Shown here piece after piece: positions 40,019 to 61,223 of a stretch of 64,000 nt of DNA (positions are counted from its first letter, which is position 1; the number at the start of each line of letters is the position of its first letter). The notes beneath the pieces were generated by a model. That model was given only the letters and a program-made list of their open reading frames with translations, searched no databases and was not told the DNA's origin. A program made the position numbers and the translations under genes. The DNA comes from the human T2T-CHM13v2.0 reference genome, Homo sapiens: NCBI RefSeq assembly GCF_009914755.1, contig NC_060948.1; one strand, given 5' to 3'.

Positions 40019-41550
40019 ACGTATACATTATGTATATAATAATATACAGTATCATATATATAATATATATAACCTATGTATAATATTGTTTTACATCCTG
40101 CATCTTATGTTATATATATTGTATAAAATATAATAATTGATAATATATAAGTTTTATAATTATACAATATGACATATAGTATATATTATAATTTATGACA
40201 TATATAATATATGTTATATATCATATATAGAATATATTATACGGTTAATATACGTATTAAATATAAATTATACATTATATATATTATATATAATATATCT
40301 GTTATATATAATACCCATTATGCATAATATATATATTATGTCTATGTTATATATAGTATAAAACAACATATAATAATATATAATTGTATATATAAAATGC
40401 GACATATAATATATATTATATTTTATAACATATGTAATATATATTATATATTATATATAATACGTTGTATGTATAATACCTATATTAAATATATATTATA
40501 TGACTATGTTATTAATTACATGTCACATGTGTTATATATTATATATTTTACATAGAATATACCGGTTACATACAATATATACTATGTTACCTATAATGTA
40601 TAATTGATTACATGTAAAATAAAGAATGCAATATATTATGTAAAATTTATAATATACAATATGTGGAATGTGACATATGTAACATATAATATATGATATA
40701 TGATATACAGTATATGATATATAACATACAATATATGATTCCTAATATATATGGTATACAATATATATTTTATGATATGTATTCTATATGTTTTATATTC
40801 TGTTATATATAACTATTTGAAATTATATATAACTGTATAATATTTTATGTAAATATGTAATATAATATATATAACTATATAATATATTATATATAACTAT
40901 ATATTATGTTATATATACTTTTATAACATAATTTACATAAAATATCATAATATAATATATATTATATTTTTTCATATTACATAATATATATTACATATCA
41001 CCCAATATAACTAACATACATAATATTATAATATAGATTATATTATGTTATATTAAATATCATATATATCATGTATCATATATTCTATAATATATATTAC
41101 ACATTATATAATATGTATGTTGTCTATTATGTGATATATATAACTATATATAATTATATTTTTATACATATAACTAGATAAACATGTAATTCTACATATT
41201 TTCATTTATAATATGTAGAATTATATAATCATATATAATTATTTATATTCTATAAAAAATTTTATCATTATATAAATTATAATATATAAAAATTATAATA
41301 TGTACTACAAATATATATATTATATATCATATATGATATAATACCTTTGTTATATATCATAATACATATAAATGTGTATTATGTTATCTATAATTATATA
41401 ATTTCATATATAAGGTGTATAATATGTATCATATATTATATATGTTATGTAATATATATAGTATATATAAGATGACACAGGATAAATATTATATACTATG
41501 ACATATAAAATATATGAGGTTATATGTTACATATAAGGCATAGCACATAA

Positions 41551-41865
<315 letters not shown>

Positions 41866-42436
41866 AGATCCATATTTTTTAAATGAAAAAAAATTTCAAA
41901 GGTACTCTGCTTGGTACAATAATCAAATGTATAAACTGAGGAATAAAACATAACCATGAAACCTACTTATAACTGCATATGGAAAATACAGAGGATAATT
42001 TTTTAAATAACATATTTTGAAAGCCTTAACTAGTAATTTGAAGAGTTGGCATTTGAAAGGCCAGTATGAATATACCTTCAAAGCAGCAACACAGGTTCCC
42101 CATGAGAAAAAGCAAACACAGGGAAAATAAAAACACAAAGGTTCAATCTCTTCTGACCTTTGAAAGACACAGCACAGACAGTGGTCCTTAGGACGAAGAG
42201 CAGGAGACCCCTAATTCCGTCACCATGGCGATAGGGCATAAACATTGCTGGGTGAGGGCACAATCCACATTGTGAGGTCCAACTGCTGCCAGGAAGACAG
42301 GAGTGCTTTTACATAGACCGAAAGGTCATTGAAGGCTCAGAGTTTTGTTTCAAGAACTGAATCCCAAGCCCACACGTTATTAGGCTGCGCTTCTTAAAAC
42401 AAGTTATGAGATGGGAAAAAGGGCACCCACAAACAT
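41866..42436. repeat. HSATI-type subunit, copy 18
   Basis: Near-identical to 710-1280. Confidence 0.8.
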
Positions 42437-43972
42437 ACGTATACATTATGTATATAATAATATACAGTATCATATATATAATATATATAACCTATGTATA
42501 ATATTGTTTTACATCCTGCATCTTATGTTATATATATTGTATAAAATATAATAATTGATAATATATAAGTTTTATATTTATACAATATGACATATAGTAT
42601 ATATTATAATTTATGACATATATAATATATGTTATATATCATATATAGAATATATTATACGGTTAATATACGTATTAAATATAAATTATACATTATATAT
42701 ATTATATATAATATATCTGTTATATATAATACCCATTATGCATAATATATATATTATGTCTATGTTATATATAGTATAAAACAACATATAATAATATATA
42801 ATTGTATATATAAAATGCGACATATAATATATATTATATTTTATAACATATGTAATATATATTATATATTATATATAATACGTTGTATGTATAATACCTA
42901 TATTAAATATATATTATATGACTATGTTATTAATTACATGTCACATGTGTTATATATTATATATTTTACATAGAATATACCGGTTACATACAATATATAC
43001 TATGTTACCTATAATGTATAATTGATTACATGTAAAATAAATAATGCAATATATTATGTATAATTTATAATATACAATATGTGGAATGTGACATATGTAA
43101 CATATAATATATGATATATGATATACAGTATATGATATATAACATACAATATATGATTCCTAATATATATGGTATACAATATATATTTTATGATATGTAT
43201 TCTATATGTTTTATATTCTGTTATATATAACTATTTGAAATTATATATAACTGTATAATATTTTATGTAAATATGTAATATAATATATATAACTATATAA
43301 TATATTATATATAACTATATATTATGTTATATATACTTTTATAACATAATTTACATAAAATATCATAATATAATATATATTATATTATTTCATATTACAT
43401 AATATATATTACATATCACCCAATATAACTAACATACATAATATTATAATATAGATTATATTGTGTTATATTAAATATCATATATATCATGTATCATATA
43501 TTCTATAATATATATTACACATTATATAATATGTATGTTGTCTATTATGTGATATATATAACTATATATATAATTATATTTTTATACATATAACTAGATA
43601 AACATGTAATTCTACATATTTTCATTTGTAATATGTAGAATTATATAATCATATATAATTATTTATAATCTATAAAAAATTTTATCATTATATAAATTAT
43701 AATATATAAAAATTATAATATGTACTACAAATATATATATATTATATATCATATATGATATAGTACCTTTGTTATATATCATAATACATATAAATGTGTA
43801 TTATGTTATCTATAATTATATAATTTCATATATAAGATGTATAATATGTATCATATATTATATATGTTATGTAATATATATAGTATATATAAGATGACAC
43901 AGGATAAATATTATATACTATGACATATAAAATATATGAGGTTATATGTTACATATAAGGCATAGCACATAA

Positions 43973-44287
<315 letters not shown>

Positions 44288-44858
44288 AGATCCGTATTTT
44301 TTAAATGAAAAAAAATTTCAAAGGTACTCTGCTTGGTACAATAATCAAATGTATAAACTGAGGAATAAAACATAACCATGAAACCTACTTATAACTGCAT
44401 ATGGAAAATACAGAGGATAATTTTTTAAATAACATATTTTGAAAGCCTTAACTAGTAATTTGAAGAGTTGGCATTTGAAAGGCCAGTATGAATATACCTT
44501 CAAAGCAGCAACACAGGTTCCCCATGAGAAAAAGCAAACACAGGGAAAATAAAAACACAAAGGTTCAATCTCTTCTGACCTTTGAAAGACACAGCACAGA
44601 CAGTGGTCCTTAGGACGAAGAGCAGGAGACCCCTAATTCCGTCACCATGGCGATAGGGCATAAACATTGCTGGGTGAGGGCACAATCCACATTGTGAGGT
44701 CCAACTGCTGCCAGGAAGACAGGAGTGCTTTTACATAGACCGAAAGGTCATTGAAGGCTCAGAGTTTTGTTTCAAGAACTGAATCCCAAGCCCACACGTT
44801 ATTAGGCTGCGCTTCTTAAAACAAGTTATGAGATGGGAAAAAGGGCACCCACAAACAT
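44288..44858. repeat. HSATI-type subunit, copy 19
   Basis: Near-identical to 710-1280. Confidence 0.8.
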
Positions 44859-46392
44859 ACGTATACATTATGTATATAATAATATACAGTATCATATATA
44901 TAATATATATAACCTATGTATAATATTGTTTTACATCCTGCATCTTATGTTATATATATTGTATAAAATATAATAATTGATAATATATAAGTTTTATAAT
45001 TATACAATATGACATATAGTATATATTATAATGTATGACATATATAATATATGTTATATATCATATATAGAGTATATTATACGGTTAATATACGTATTAA
45101 ATATAAATTATACCTTATATATATTATATATAATATATCTGTTATATATAATACCCATTATGCATAATATATATATTATGTCTGTTATATATAGTATAAA
45201 ACAACATATAATAATATATAATTGTATATATAAAATGCGACATATAATATATATTATATTTTATAACATATGTAATATATATTATATATTATATATAATA
45301 CGTTGTATGTATAATACCTATATTAAATATATATTATATGACTATGTTATTAATTACATGTCACATGTGTTATATATTATATATTTTACATAGAATATAC
45401 CGGTTACATACAATATATACTATGTTACCTATAATGTATAATTTATTACATGTAAAATAAATAATGCAATATATTATGTAAAATTTATAATATACAATAT
45501 GTGGAATGTGATATATGTAACATATAATATATGATATATGATATACAGTATATGATATGTAACATACAATATATGATTCCTAATATATATGGTATACAAT
45601 ATATATTTTATGATATGTATTCTATATGTTTTATATTCTGTTATATATAACTATTTGAAATTATATATAACTGTATAATATTTTATGTAAATATGAAATA
45701 TAATATATATAACTATATAATATATTATATATAACTATATATTATGTTATGTATACTTTTATAACATAATTTACATAAAATATCATAATATAATATATAT
45801 TATATTATTTCATATTACATAATATATATTACATATCACCCAATATAACTAACATACATAATATTATAATATAGATTATATTATGTTATATTAAATATCA
45901 TATATATCATGTATCATATATTCTATAATATATATTACACATTATATAATATGTATGTTGTCTATTATGTGATATATATAACTATATATATAATTATATT
46001 TTTATACATATAACTAGATAAACATGTAATTCTACATATTTTCATTTAGAATATGTAGAATTATATAATCATACATAATTATTTATATTCTATAAAAAAT
46101 TTTATCATTATATAAATTATAATATATAAAAATTATAATATGTACTACAAATATATATATATTATATATCATATATGATATAGTACCTTTGTTATATATC
46201 ATAATACATATAAATGTGTATTATGTTATCTATAATTATATAATTTCATATATAAGATGTATAATATGTATCATATATTATATATGTTATGTAATATATA
46301 TAGTATATATAAGATGACACAGGATAAATATTATATACTATGAGATATAAAATATATGAGGTTATATGTTACATATAAGGCATAGCACATAA

Positions 46393-46707
<315 letters not shown>

Positions 46708-47278
46708 AGATCCGTATTTTTTAAATGAAAAAAAATTTCAAAGGTACTCTGCTTGGTACAATAATCAAATGTATAAACTGAGGAATAAAACATAACCATG
46801 AAACCTACTTATAACTGCATATGGAAAATACAGAGGATAATTTTTTAAATAACATATTTTGAAAGCCTTAACTAGTAATTTGAAGAGTTGGCATTTGAAA
46901 GGCCAGTATGAATATACCTTCAAAGCAGCAACACAGGTTCCCCATGAGAAAAAGCAAACACAGGGAAAATAAAAACACAAAGGTTCAATCTCTTCTGACC
47001 TTTGAAAGACACAGCACAGACAGTGGTCCTTAGGACGAAGAGCAGGAGACCCCTAATTCCGTCACCATGGCGATAGGGCATAAACATTGCTGGGTGAGGG
47101 CACAATCCACATTGTGAGGTCCAACTGCTGCCAGGAAGACAGGAGTGCTTTTACATAGACCGAAAGGTCATTGAAGGCTCAGAGTTTTGTTTCAAGAACT
47201 GAATCCCAAGCCCACACGTTATTAGGCTGCGCTTCTTAAAACAAGTTATGAGATGGGAAAAAGGGCACCCACAAACAT
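46708..47278. repeat. HSATI-type subunit, copy 20
   Basis: Near-identical to 710-1280. Confidence 0.8.
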
Positions 47279-48812
47279 ACGTATACATTATGTATATAAT
47301 AATATACAGTATCATATATATAATATATATAACCTATGTATAATATTGTTTTACATCCTGCATCTTATGTTATATATATTGTATAAAATATAATAATTGA
47401 TAATATATAAGTTTTATAATTATACAATATGACATATAGTATATATTATAATTTATGACATATATAATATATGTTATATGTCATATATAGAATATATTAT
47501 ACGGTTAATATACGTATTAAATATAAATTATACATTATATATATTATATATAATATATCTGTTATATATAATACCCATTATGCATAATATATATATTATG
47601 TCTATGTTATATATAGTATAAAACAACATATAATAATATATAATTGTATATATAAAATGCGACATATAATATATATTATATTTTATAACATATGTAATAT
47701 ATATTATATATTATATATAATACGTTGTATGTATAATACCTATATTAAATATATATTATATGACTATGTTATTAATTACATGTCACATGTGTTATATATT
47801 ATATATTTTACATAGAATATACCGGTTACATACAATATATACTATGTTACCTATAATGTATAATTTATTACATGTAAAATAAAGAATGCAATATATTATG
47901 TATAATTTATAATATACAATATGTGGAATGTGACATATGTAACATATAATATATGATATATGATATACAGTATATGATATATAACATACAATATATGATT
48001 CCTAATATATATGGTATACAATATCTATTTTATGATATGTATTCTATATGTTTTATATTCTGTTATATATAACTATTTGAAATTATATATAACTGTATAA
48101 TATTTTATGTAAATATGTAATATAATATATATAACTATATAATATATTATATATAACTATATATTATGTTATATATACTTTTATAACATAATTTACATAA
48201 AATATCATAATATAATATATATTATATTATTTCATATTCCATAATATATATTACATATCACCCAATATAACTAACATACATAATATTATAATATAGATTA
48301 TATTATGTTATATTAAATATCATATATATCATGTATCATATATTCTATAATATATATTACACATTATATAATATGTATGTTGTCTATTATGTGATATATA
48401 TATCTATATATATAATTATATTTTTATACATATAACTAGATAAACATGTAATTCTACATATTTTCATTTATAATATGTAGAATTATATAATCATATATAA
48501 TTATTTATATTCTATAAAAAATTTTATCATTATATAAATTATAATATATCAAAATTATAATATGTACTACAAATATATATATATTATATATCATATATGA
48601 TATAGTACCTTTGTTATATATCATAATACATATAAATGTGTATTGTTATCTATAATTATATAATTTCATATATAAGATGTATAATATGTATCATATATTA
48701 TATATGTTATGAAATATATATAGTATATATAAGATGACACAGGATAAATATTATATACTATGACATATAAAATATATGAGGTTATATGTTACATATAAGG
48801 CATAGCACATAA

Positions 48813-49127
<315 letters not shown>

Positions 49128-49698
49128 AGATCCGTATTTTTTAAATGAAAAAAAATTTCAAAGGTACTCTGCTTGGTACAATAATCAAATGTATAAACTG
49201 AGGAATAAAACATAACCATGAAACCTACTTATAACTGCATATGGAAAATACAGAGGATAATTTTTTAAATAACATATTTTGAAAGCCTTAACTAGTAATT
49301 TGAAGAGTTGGCATTTGAAAGGCCAGTATGAATATACCTTCAAAGCAGCAACACAGGTTCCCCATGAGAAAAAGCAAACACAGGGAAAATAAAAACACAA
49401 AGGTTCAATCTCTTCTGACCTTTGAAAGACACAGCACAGACAGTGGTCCTTAGGACGAAGAGCAGGAGACCCCTAATTCCGTCACCATGGCGATAGGGCA
49501 TAAACATTGCTGGGTGAGGGCACAATCCACATTGTGAGGTCCAACTGCTGCCAGGAAGACAGGAGTGCTTTTACATAGACCGAAAGGTCATTGAAGGCTC
49601 AGAGTTTTGTTTCAAGAACTGAATCCCAAGCCCACACGTTATTAGGCTGCGCTTCTTAAAACAAGTGATGAGATGGGAAAAAGGGCACCCACAAACAT
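49128..49698. repeat. HSATI-type subunit, copy 21
   Basis: Near-identical to 710-1280. Confidence 0.8.
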
Positions 49699-51232
49699 AC
49701 GTATACATTATGTATATAATAATATACAGTATCATATATATAATATATATAACCTATGTATAATATTGTTTTACATCCTGCATCTTATGTTATATATATT
49801 GTATAAAATATAATAATTGATAATATATAAGTTTTATAATTATACAATATGACATATAGTATATATTATAATGTATGACATATATAATATATGTTATATA
49901 TCATATATAGAGTATATTATACGGTTAATATACGTATTAAATATAAATTATACCTTATATATATTATATATAATATATCTGTTATATATAATACCCATTA
50001 TGCATAATATATATATTATGTCTGTTATATATAGTATAAAACAACATATAATAATATATAATTGTATATATAAAATGCGACATATAATATATATTATATT
50101 TTATAACATATGTAATATATATTATATATTATATATAATACGTTGTATGTATAATACCTATATTAAATATATATTATATGACTATGTTATTAATTACATG
50201 TCACATGTGTTATATATTATATATTTTACATAGAATATACCGGTTACATACAATATATACTATGTTACCTATAATGTATAATTTATTACATGTAAAATAA
50301 ATAATGCAATATATTATGTAAAATTTATAATATACAATATGTGGAATGTGATATATGTAACATATAATATATGATATATGATATACAGTATATGATATGT
50401 AACATACAATATATGATTCCTAATATATATGGTATACAATATATATTTTATGATATGTATTCTATATGTTTTATATTCTGTTATATATAACTATTTGAAA
50501 TTATATATAACTGTATAATATTTTATGTAAATATGAAATATAATATATATAACTATATAATATATTATATATAACTATATATTATGTTATGTATACTTTT
50601 ATAACATAATTTACATAAAATATCATAATATAATATATATTATATTATTTCATATTACATAATATATATTACATATCACCCAATATAACTAACATACATA
50701 ATATTATAATATAGATTATATTATGTTATATTAAATATCATATATATCATGTATCATATATTCTATAATATATATTACACATTATATAATATGTATGTTG
50801 TCTATTATGTGATATATATAACTATATATATAATTATATTTTTATACATATAACTAGATAAACATGTAATTCTACATATTTTCATTTATAATATGTAGAA
50901 TTATATAATCATACATAATTATTTATATTCTATAAAAAATTTTATCATTATATAAATTATAATATATAAAAATTATAATATGTACTACAAATATATATAT
51001 ATTATATATCATTTATGATATAGTACCTTTGTTATATATCATAATACATATAAATGTGTATTATGTTATCTATAATTATATAATTTCATATATAAGATGT
51101 ATAATATGTATCATATATTATATATGTTATGTAATATATATAGTATATATAAGATGACACAGGATAAATATTATATACTATGACATATAAAATATATGAG
51201 GTTATATGTTACATATAAGGCATAGCACATAA

Positions 51233-51547
<315 letters not shown>

Positions 51548-52118
51548 AGATCCGTATTTTTTAAATGAAAAAAAATTTCAAAGGTACTCTGCTTGGTACA
51601 ATAATCAAATGTATAAACTGAGGAATAAAACATAACCATGAAACCTACTTATAACTGCATATGGAAAATACAGAGGATAATTTTTTAAATAACATATTTT
51701 GAAAGCCTTAACTAGTAATTTGAAGAGTTGGCATTTGAAAGGCCAGTATGAATATACCTTCAAAGCAGCAACACAGGTTCCCCATGAGAAAAAGCAAACA
51801 CAGGGAAAATAAAAACACAAAGGTTCAATCTCTTCTGACCTTTGAAAGACACAGCACAGACAGTGGTCCTTAGGACGAAGAGCAGGAGACCCGTAATTCC
51901 GTCACCATGGCGATAGGGCATAAACATTGCTGGGTGAGGGCACAATCCACATTGTGAGGTCCAACTGCTGCCAGGAAGACAGGAGTGCTTTTACATAGAC
52001 CGAAAGGTCATTGAAGGCTCAGAGTTTTGTTTCAAGAACTGAATCCCAAGCCCACACGTTATTAGGCTGCGCTTCTTAAAACAAGTTATGAGATGGGAAA
52101 AAGGGCACCCACAAACAT
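51548..52118. repeat. HSATI-type subunit, copy 22
   Basis: Near-identical to 710-1280. Confidence 0.8.
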
Positions 52119-53652
52119 ACGTATACATTATGTATATAATAATATACAGTATCATATATATAATATATATAACCTATGTATAATATTGTTTTACATCCTG
52201 CATCTTATGTTATATATATTGTATAAAATATAATAATTGATAATATATAAGTTTTATAATTATACAATATGACATATAGTATATATTATAATTTATGACA
52301 TATATAATATATGTTATATGTCATATATAGAATATATTATACGGTTAATATACGTATTAAATATAAATTATACATTATATATATTATATATAATATATCT
52401 GTTATATATAATACCCATTATGCATAATATATATATTATGTCTATGTTATATATAGTATAAAACAACATATAATAATATATAATTGTATATATAAAATGC
52501 GACATATAATATATATTATATTTTATAACATATGTAATATATATTATATATTATATATAATACGTTGTATGTATAATACCTATATTAAATATATATTATA
52601 TGACTATGTTATTAATTACATGTCACATGTGTTATATATTATATATTTTACATAGAATATACCGGTTACATACAATATATACTATGTTACCTATAATGTA
52701 TAATTTATTACATGTAAAATAAAGAATGCAATATATTATGTATAATTTATAATATACAATATGTGGAATGTGACATATGTAACATATAATATATGATATA
52801 TGATATACAGTATATGATATATAACATACAATATATGATTCCTAATATATATGGTATACAATATCTATTTTATGATATGTATTCTATATGTTTTATATTC
52901 TGTTATATATAACTATTTGAAATTATATATAACTGTATAATATTTTATGTAAATATGTAATATAATATATATAACTATATAATATATTATATATAACTAT
53001 ATATTATGTTATATATACTTTTATAACATAATTTACATAAAATATCATAATATAATATATATTATATTATTTCATATTACATAATATATATTACATATCA
53101 CCCAATATAACTAACATACATAATATTATAATATAGATTATATTATGTTATATTAAATATCATATATATCATGTATCATATATTCTATAATATATATTAC
53201 ACATTATATAATATGTATGTTGTCTATTATGTGATATATATATCTATATATATAATTATATTTTTATACATATAACTAGATAAACATGTAATTCTACATA
53301 TTTTCATTTATAATATGTAGAATTATATAATCATATATAATTATTTATATTCTATAAAAAATTTTATCATTATATAAATTATAATATATAAAAATTATAA
53401 TATGTACTACAAATATATATATATTATATATCATATATGATATAGTACCTTTGTTATATATCATAATACATATAAATGTGTATTGTTATCTATAATTATA
53501 TAATTTCATATATAAGATGTATAATATGTATCATATATTATATATGTTATGAAATATATATAGTATATATAAGATGACACAGGATAAATATTATATACTA
53601 TGACATATAAAATATATGAGGTTATATGTTACATATAAGGCATAGCACATAA

Positions 53653-53967
<315 letters not shown>

Positions 53968-54538
53968 AGATCCGTATTTTTTAAATGAAAAAAAATTTCA
54001 AAGGTACTCTGCTTGGTACAATAATCAAATGTATAAACTGAGGAATAAAACATAACCATGAAACCTACTTATAACTGCATATGGAAAATACAGAGGATAA
54101 TTTTTTAAATAACATATTTTGAAAGCCTTAACTAGTAATTTGAAGAGTTGGCATTTGAAAGGCCAGTATGAATATACCTTCAAAGCAGCAACACAGGTTC
54201 CCCATGAGAAAAAGCAAACACAGGGAAAATAAAAACACAAAGGTTCAATCTCTTCTGACCTTTGAAAGACACAGCACAGACAGTGGTCCTTAGGACGAAG
54301 AGCAGGAGACCCCTAATTCCGTCACCATGGCGATAGGGCATAAACATTGCTGGGTGAGGGCACAATCCACATTGTGAGGTCCAACTGCTGCCAGGAAGAC
54401 AGGAGTGCTTTTACATAGACCGAAAGGTCATTGAAGGCTCAGAGTTTTGTTTCAAGAACTGAATCCCAAGCCCACACGTTATTAGGCTGCGCTTCTTAAA
54501 ACAAGTGATGAGATGGGAAAAAGGGCACCCACAAACAT
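53968..54538. repeat. HSATI-type subunit, copy 23
   Basis: Near-identical to 710-1280. Confidence 0.8.
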
Positions 54539-56072
54539 ACGTATACATTATGTATATAATAATATACAGTATCATATATATAATATATATAACCTATGTA
54601 TAATATTGTTTTACATCCTGCATCTTATGTTATATATATTGTATAAAATATAATAATTGATAATATATAAGTTTTATAATTATACAATATGACATATAGT
54701 ATATATTATAATTTATGACATATATAATATATGTTATATATCATATATAGAATATATTATACGGTTAATATACGTATTAAATGTAAATTATACCTTATAT
54801 ATATTATATATAATATAACTGTTATATATAATACCCATTATGCATAATATATATATTATGTCTATGTTATATATAGTATAAAACAACATATAATAATATA
54901 TAATTGTATATATAAAATGCGACATATAATATATATTATATTTTATAACATATGTAATATATATTATATATTATATATAATACGTTGTATGTATAATACC
55001 TATATTAAATATATATTATATGACTATGTTATTAATTACATGTCACATGTGTTATATATTATATATTTTACATAGAATATACCGGTTACATACAATATAT
55101 ACTATGTTACCTATAATGTATAATTTATTACATGTAAAATAAAGAATGCAATATATTATGTATAATTTATAATATACAATATGTGGAATGTGATATATGT
55201 AACATATAATATATGATATATGATATACAGTATATGATATATAACATACAATATATGATTCCTAATATATATGGTATACAATATATATTTTATGATATGT
55301 ATTCTATATGTTTTATATTCTGTTATATATAACTATTTGAAATTATATATAACTGTATAATATTTTATGTAAATATGTAATATAATATATATAACTATAT
55401 AATATATTATATATAACTATATATTATGTTATGTATACTTTTATAACATAATTTACATAAAATATCATAATATAATATATATTATATTATTTCATATTAC
55501 ATAATATATATTACATATCACCCAATATAACTAACATACATAATATTATAATATAGATTATATTATGTTATATTAAATATCATATATATCATGTATCATA
55601 TATTCTATAATATATATTACACATTATATAATATGTATGTTGTCTATTATGTGATATATATAACTGTATATATAATTATATTTTTATACATATAACTAGA
55701 TAAACATGTAATTCTACATATTTTCATTTATAATATGTAGAATTATATAATCATATATAATTATTTATATTCTATAAAAAATTTTATCATTATATAAATT
55801 ATAATATATAAAAATTATAATATGTACTACAAATATATATATTATATATCATATATGATATAGTACCTTTGTTATATATCATAATACATATAAATGTGTA
55901 TTATGTTATCTATAATTATATAATTTCATATATAAGTTGTATAATATGTATCATATATTATATATGTTATGTAATATATATAGTATATATAAGATGACAC
56001 AGGATAAATATTATATACTATGACATATAAAATATATGAGGTTATATGTTACATATAAGGCATAGCACATAA

Positions 56073-56387
<315 letters not shown>

Positions 56388-56958
56388 AGATCCATATTTT
56401 TTAAATGAAAAAAAATTTCAAAGGTACTCTGCTTGGTACAATAATCAAATGTATAAACTGAGGAATAAAACATAACCATGAAACCTACTTATAACTGCAT
56501 ATGGAAAATACAGAGGATAATTTTTTAAATAACATATTTTGAAAGCCTTAACTAGTAATTTGAAGAGTTGGCATTTGAAAGGCCAGTATGAATATACCTT
56601 CAAAGCAGCAACACAGGTTCCCCATGAGAAAAAGCAAACACAGGGAAAATAAAAACACAAAGGTTCAATCTCTTCTGACCTTTGAAAGACACAGCACAGA
56701 CAGTGGTCCTTAGGACGAAGAGCAGGAGACCCCTAATTCCGTCACCATGGCGATAGGGCATAAACATTGCTGGGTGAGGGCACAATCCACATTGTGAGGT
56801 CCAACTGCTGCCAGGAAGACAGGAGTGCTTTTACATAGACCGAAAGGTCATTGAAGGCTCAGAGTTTTGTTTCAAGAACTGAATCCCAAGCCCACACGTT
56901 ATTAGGCTGCGCTTCTTAAAACAAGTGATGAGATGGGAAAAAGGGCACCCACAAACAT
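56388..56958. repeat. HSATI-type subunit, copy 24
   Basis: Near-identical to 710-1280. Confidence 0.8.
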
Positions 56959-58490
56959 ACGTATACATTATGTATATAATAATATACAGTATCATATATA
57001 TAATATATATAACCTATGTATAATATTGTTTTACATCCTGCATCTTATGTTATATATATTGTATAAAATATAATAATTGATAATATATAAGTTTTATAAT
57101 TATACAATATGACATATAGTATATATTATAATTTATGACATATATAATATATGTTATATATCATATATAGAATATAGTATACGGTTAATATACGTATTAA
57201 ATATAAATTATACATTATATATATTATATATAATATATCTGTTATATATAATACCCATTATGCATAATATATATATTATGTCTATGTTATATATAGTATA
57301 AAACAACATATAATAATATATAATTGTATATATAAAATGCGACATATAATATATATTATATTTTATAACATATGTAATATATATTATATATTATATATAA
57401 TACGTTGTATGTATAATACCTATATTAAATATATATTATATGACTATGTTATTAATTACATGTCACATGTGTTATATATTATATATTTTACATAGAATAT
57501 ACCGGTTACATACAATATATACTATGTTACCTATAATGTATAATTTATTACATGTAAAATAAAGAATGCAATATATTATGTATAATTTATAATATACAAT
57601 ATGTGGAATGTGATATATATAACATATAATATATGATATATGATATACAGTATATGATATATAACATACAATATATGATTCCTAATATATATGGTATACA
57701 ATATATATTTTATGATATGTATTCTATATGTTTTATATTCTGTTCTATATAACTATTTGAAATTATATATAACTGTATAATATTTTATGTAAATATGTAA
57801 TATAATATATATAACTATATAATATATTATATATAACTATATATTATGTTATGTATACTTTTATAACATAATTTACAAAAAATATCATAATATAATATAT
57901 ATTATATTATTTCATATTACATAATATATATTACATATCACCCAATATAACTAACATACATAATATTATAATATAGATTATATTATGTTATATTAAATAT
58001 CATATATATCATGTATCATATATTCTATAATATATATTACACATTATATAATATGTATGCTGTCTATTATGTGATATATATAACTATATATAATTATATT
58101 TTTATACATATAACTAGATAAACATGTAATTCTACATATTTTCATTTATAATATGTAGAATTATATAATCATATATAATTATTTATATTCTATAAAAAAT
58201 TTTATCATTATATAAATTATAATATATAAAAATTATAATATGTACTACAAATATATATATTATATATCATATATGATATAGTACCTTTGTTATATATCAT
58301 AATACATATAAATGTGTATTATGTTATCTATAATTATATAATTTCATATATAAGGTGTATAATATGTATCATATATTATATATGTTATGTAATATATATA
58401 GTATATATAAGATGACACAGGATAAATATTATATACTATGACATATAAAATATATGAGGTTATATGTTACATATAAGGCATAGCACATAA

Positions 58491-58805
<315 letters not shown>

Positions 58806-59376
58806 AGATCCATATTTTTTAAATGAAAAAAAATTTCAAAGGTACTCTGCTTGGTACAATAATCAAATGTATAAACTGAGGAATAAAACATAACCATGAA
58901 ACCTACTTATAACTGCATATGGAAAATACAGAGGATAATTTTTTAAATAACATATTTTGAAAGCCTTAACTAGTAATTTGAAGAGTTGGCATTTGAAAGG
59001 CCAGTATGAATATACCTTCAAAGCAGCAACACAGGTTCCCCATGAGAAAAAGCAAACACAGGGAAAATAAAAACACAAAGGTTCAATCTCTTCTGACCTT
59101 TGAAAGACACAGCACAGACAGTGGTCCTTAGGACGAAGAGCAGGAGACCCCTAATTCCGTCACCATGGCGATAGGGCATAAACATTGCTGGGTGAGGGCA
59201 CAATCCACATTGTGAGGTCCAGCTGCTGCCAGGAAGACAGGAGTGCTTTTACATAGACCGAAAGGTCATTGAAGGCTCAGAGTTTTGTTTCAAGAACTGA
59301 ATCCCAAGCCCACACGTTATTAGGCTGCGCTTCTTAAAACAAGTGATGAGATGGGAAAAAGGGCACCCACAAACAT
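58806..59376. repeat. HSATI-type subunit, copy 25
   Basis: Near-identical to 710-1280. Confidence 0.8.
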
Positions 59377-60908
59377 ACGTATACATTATGTATATAATAA
59401 TATACAGTATCATATATATAATATATATAACCTATGTATAATATTGTTTTACATCCTGCATCTTATGTTATATATATTGTATAAAATATAATAATTGATA
59501 ATATATAAGTTTTATAATTATACAATATGACATATAGTATATATTATAATTTATGACATATATAATATATGTTATATATCATATATAGAATATATTATAC
59601 GGTTAATATACGTATTAAATGTAAATTATACCTTATATATATTATATATAATATAACTGTTATATATAATACCCATTATGCATAATATATATATTATGTC
59701 TATGTTATATATAGTATAAAACAACATATAATAATATATAATTGTATATATAAAATGCGACATATAATATATATTATATTTTATAACATATGTAATATAT
59801 ATTATATATTATATATAATACGTTGTATGTATAATACCTATATTAAATATATATTATATGACTATGTTATTAATTACATGTCACATGTGTTATATATTAT
59901 ATATTTTACATAGAATATACCGGTTACATACAATATATACTATGTTACCTATAATGTATAATTTATTACATGTAAAATAAAGAATGCAATATATTATGTA
60001 TAATTTATAATATACAATATGTGGAATGTGATATATGTAACATATAATATATGATATATGATATACAGTATATGATATATAACATACAATATATGATTCC
60101 TAATATATATGGTATACAATATATATTTTATGATATGTATTCTATATGTTTTATATTCTGTTATATATAACTATTTGAAATTATATATAACTGTATAATA
60201 TTTTATGTAAATATGTAATATAATATATATAACTATATAATATATTATATATAACTATATATTATGTTATGTATACTTTTATAACATAATTTACATAAAA
60301 TATCATAATATAATATATATTATATTATTTCATATTACATAAGATATATTACATATCACCCAATATAACTAACATACATAATATTATAATATAGATTATA
60401 TTATGTTATATTAAATATCATATATATCATGTATCATATATTCTATAATATATATTACACATTATATAATATGTATGCTGTCTATTATGTGATATATATA
60501 ACTATATATAATTATATTTTTATACATATAACTAGATAAACATGTAATTCTACATATTTTCATTTATAATATGTAGAATTATATAATCATATATAATTAT
60601 TTATATTCTATAAAAAATTTTATCATTATATAAATTATAATATATAAAAATTATAATATGTACTACAAATATATATATTATATATCATATATGATATAGT
60701 ACCTTTGTTATATATCATAATACATATAAATGTGTATTATGTTATCTATAATTATATAATTTCATATATAAGGTGTATAATATGTATCATATATTATATA
60801 TGTTATGTAATATATATAGTATATATAAGATGACACAGGATAAATATTATATACTATGACATATAAAATATATGAGGTTATATGTTACATATAAGGCATA
60901 GCACATAA

Positions 60909-61223
<315 letters not shown>
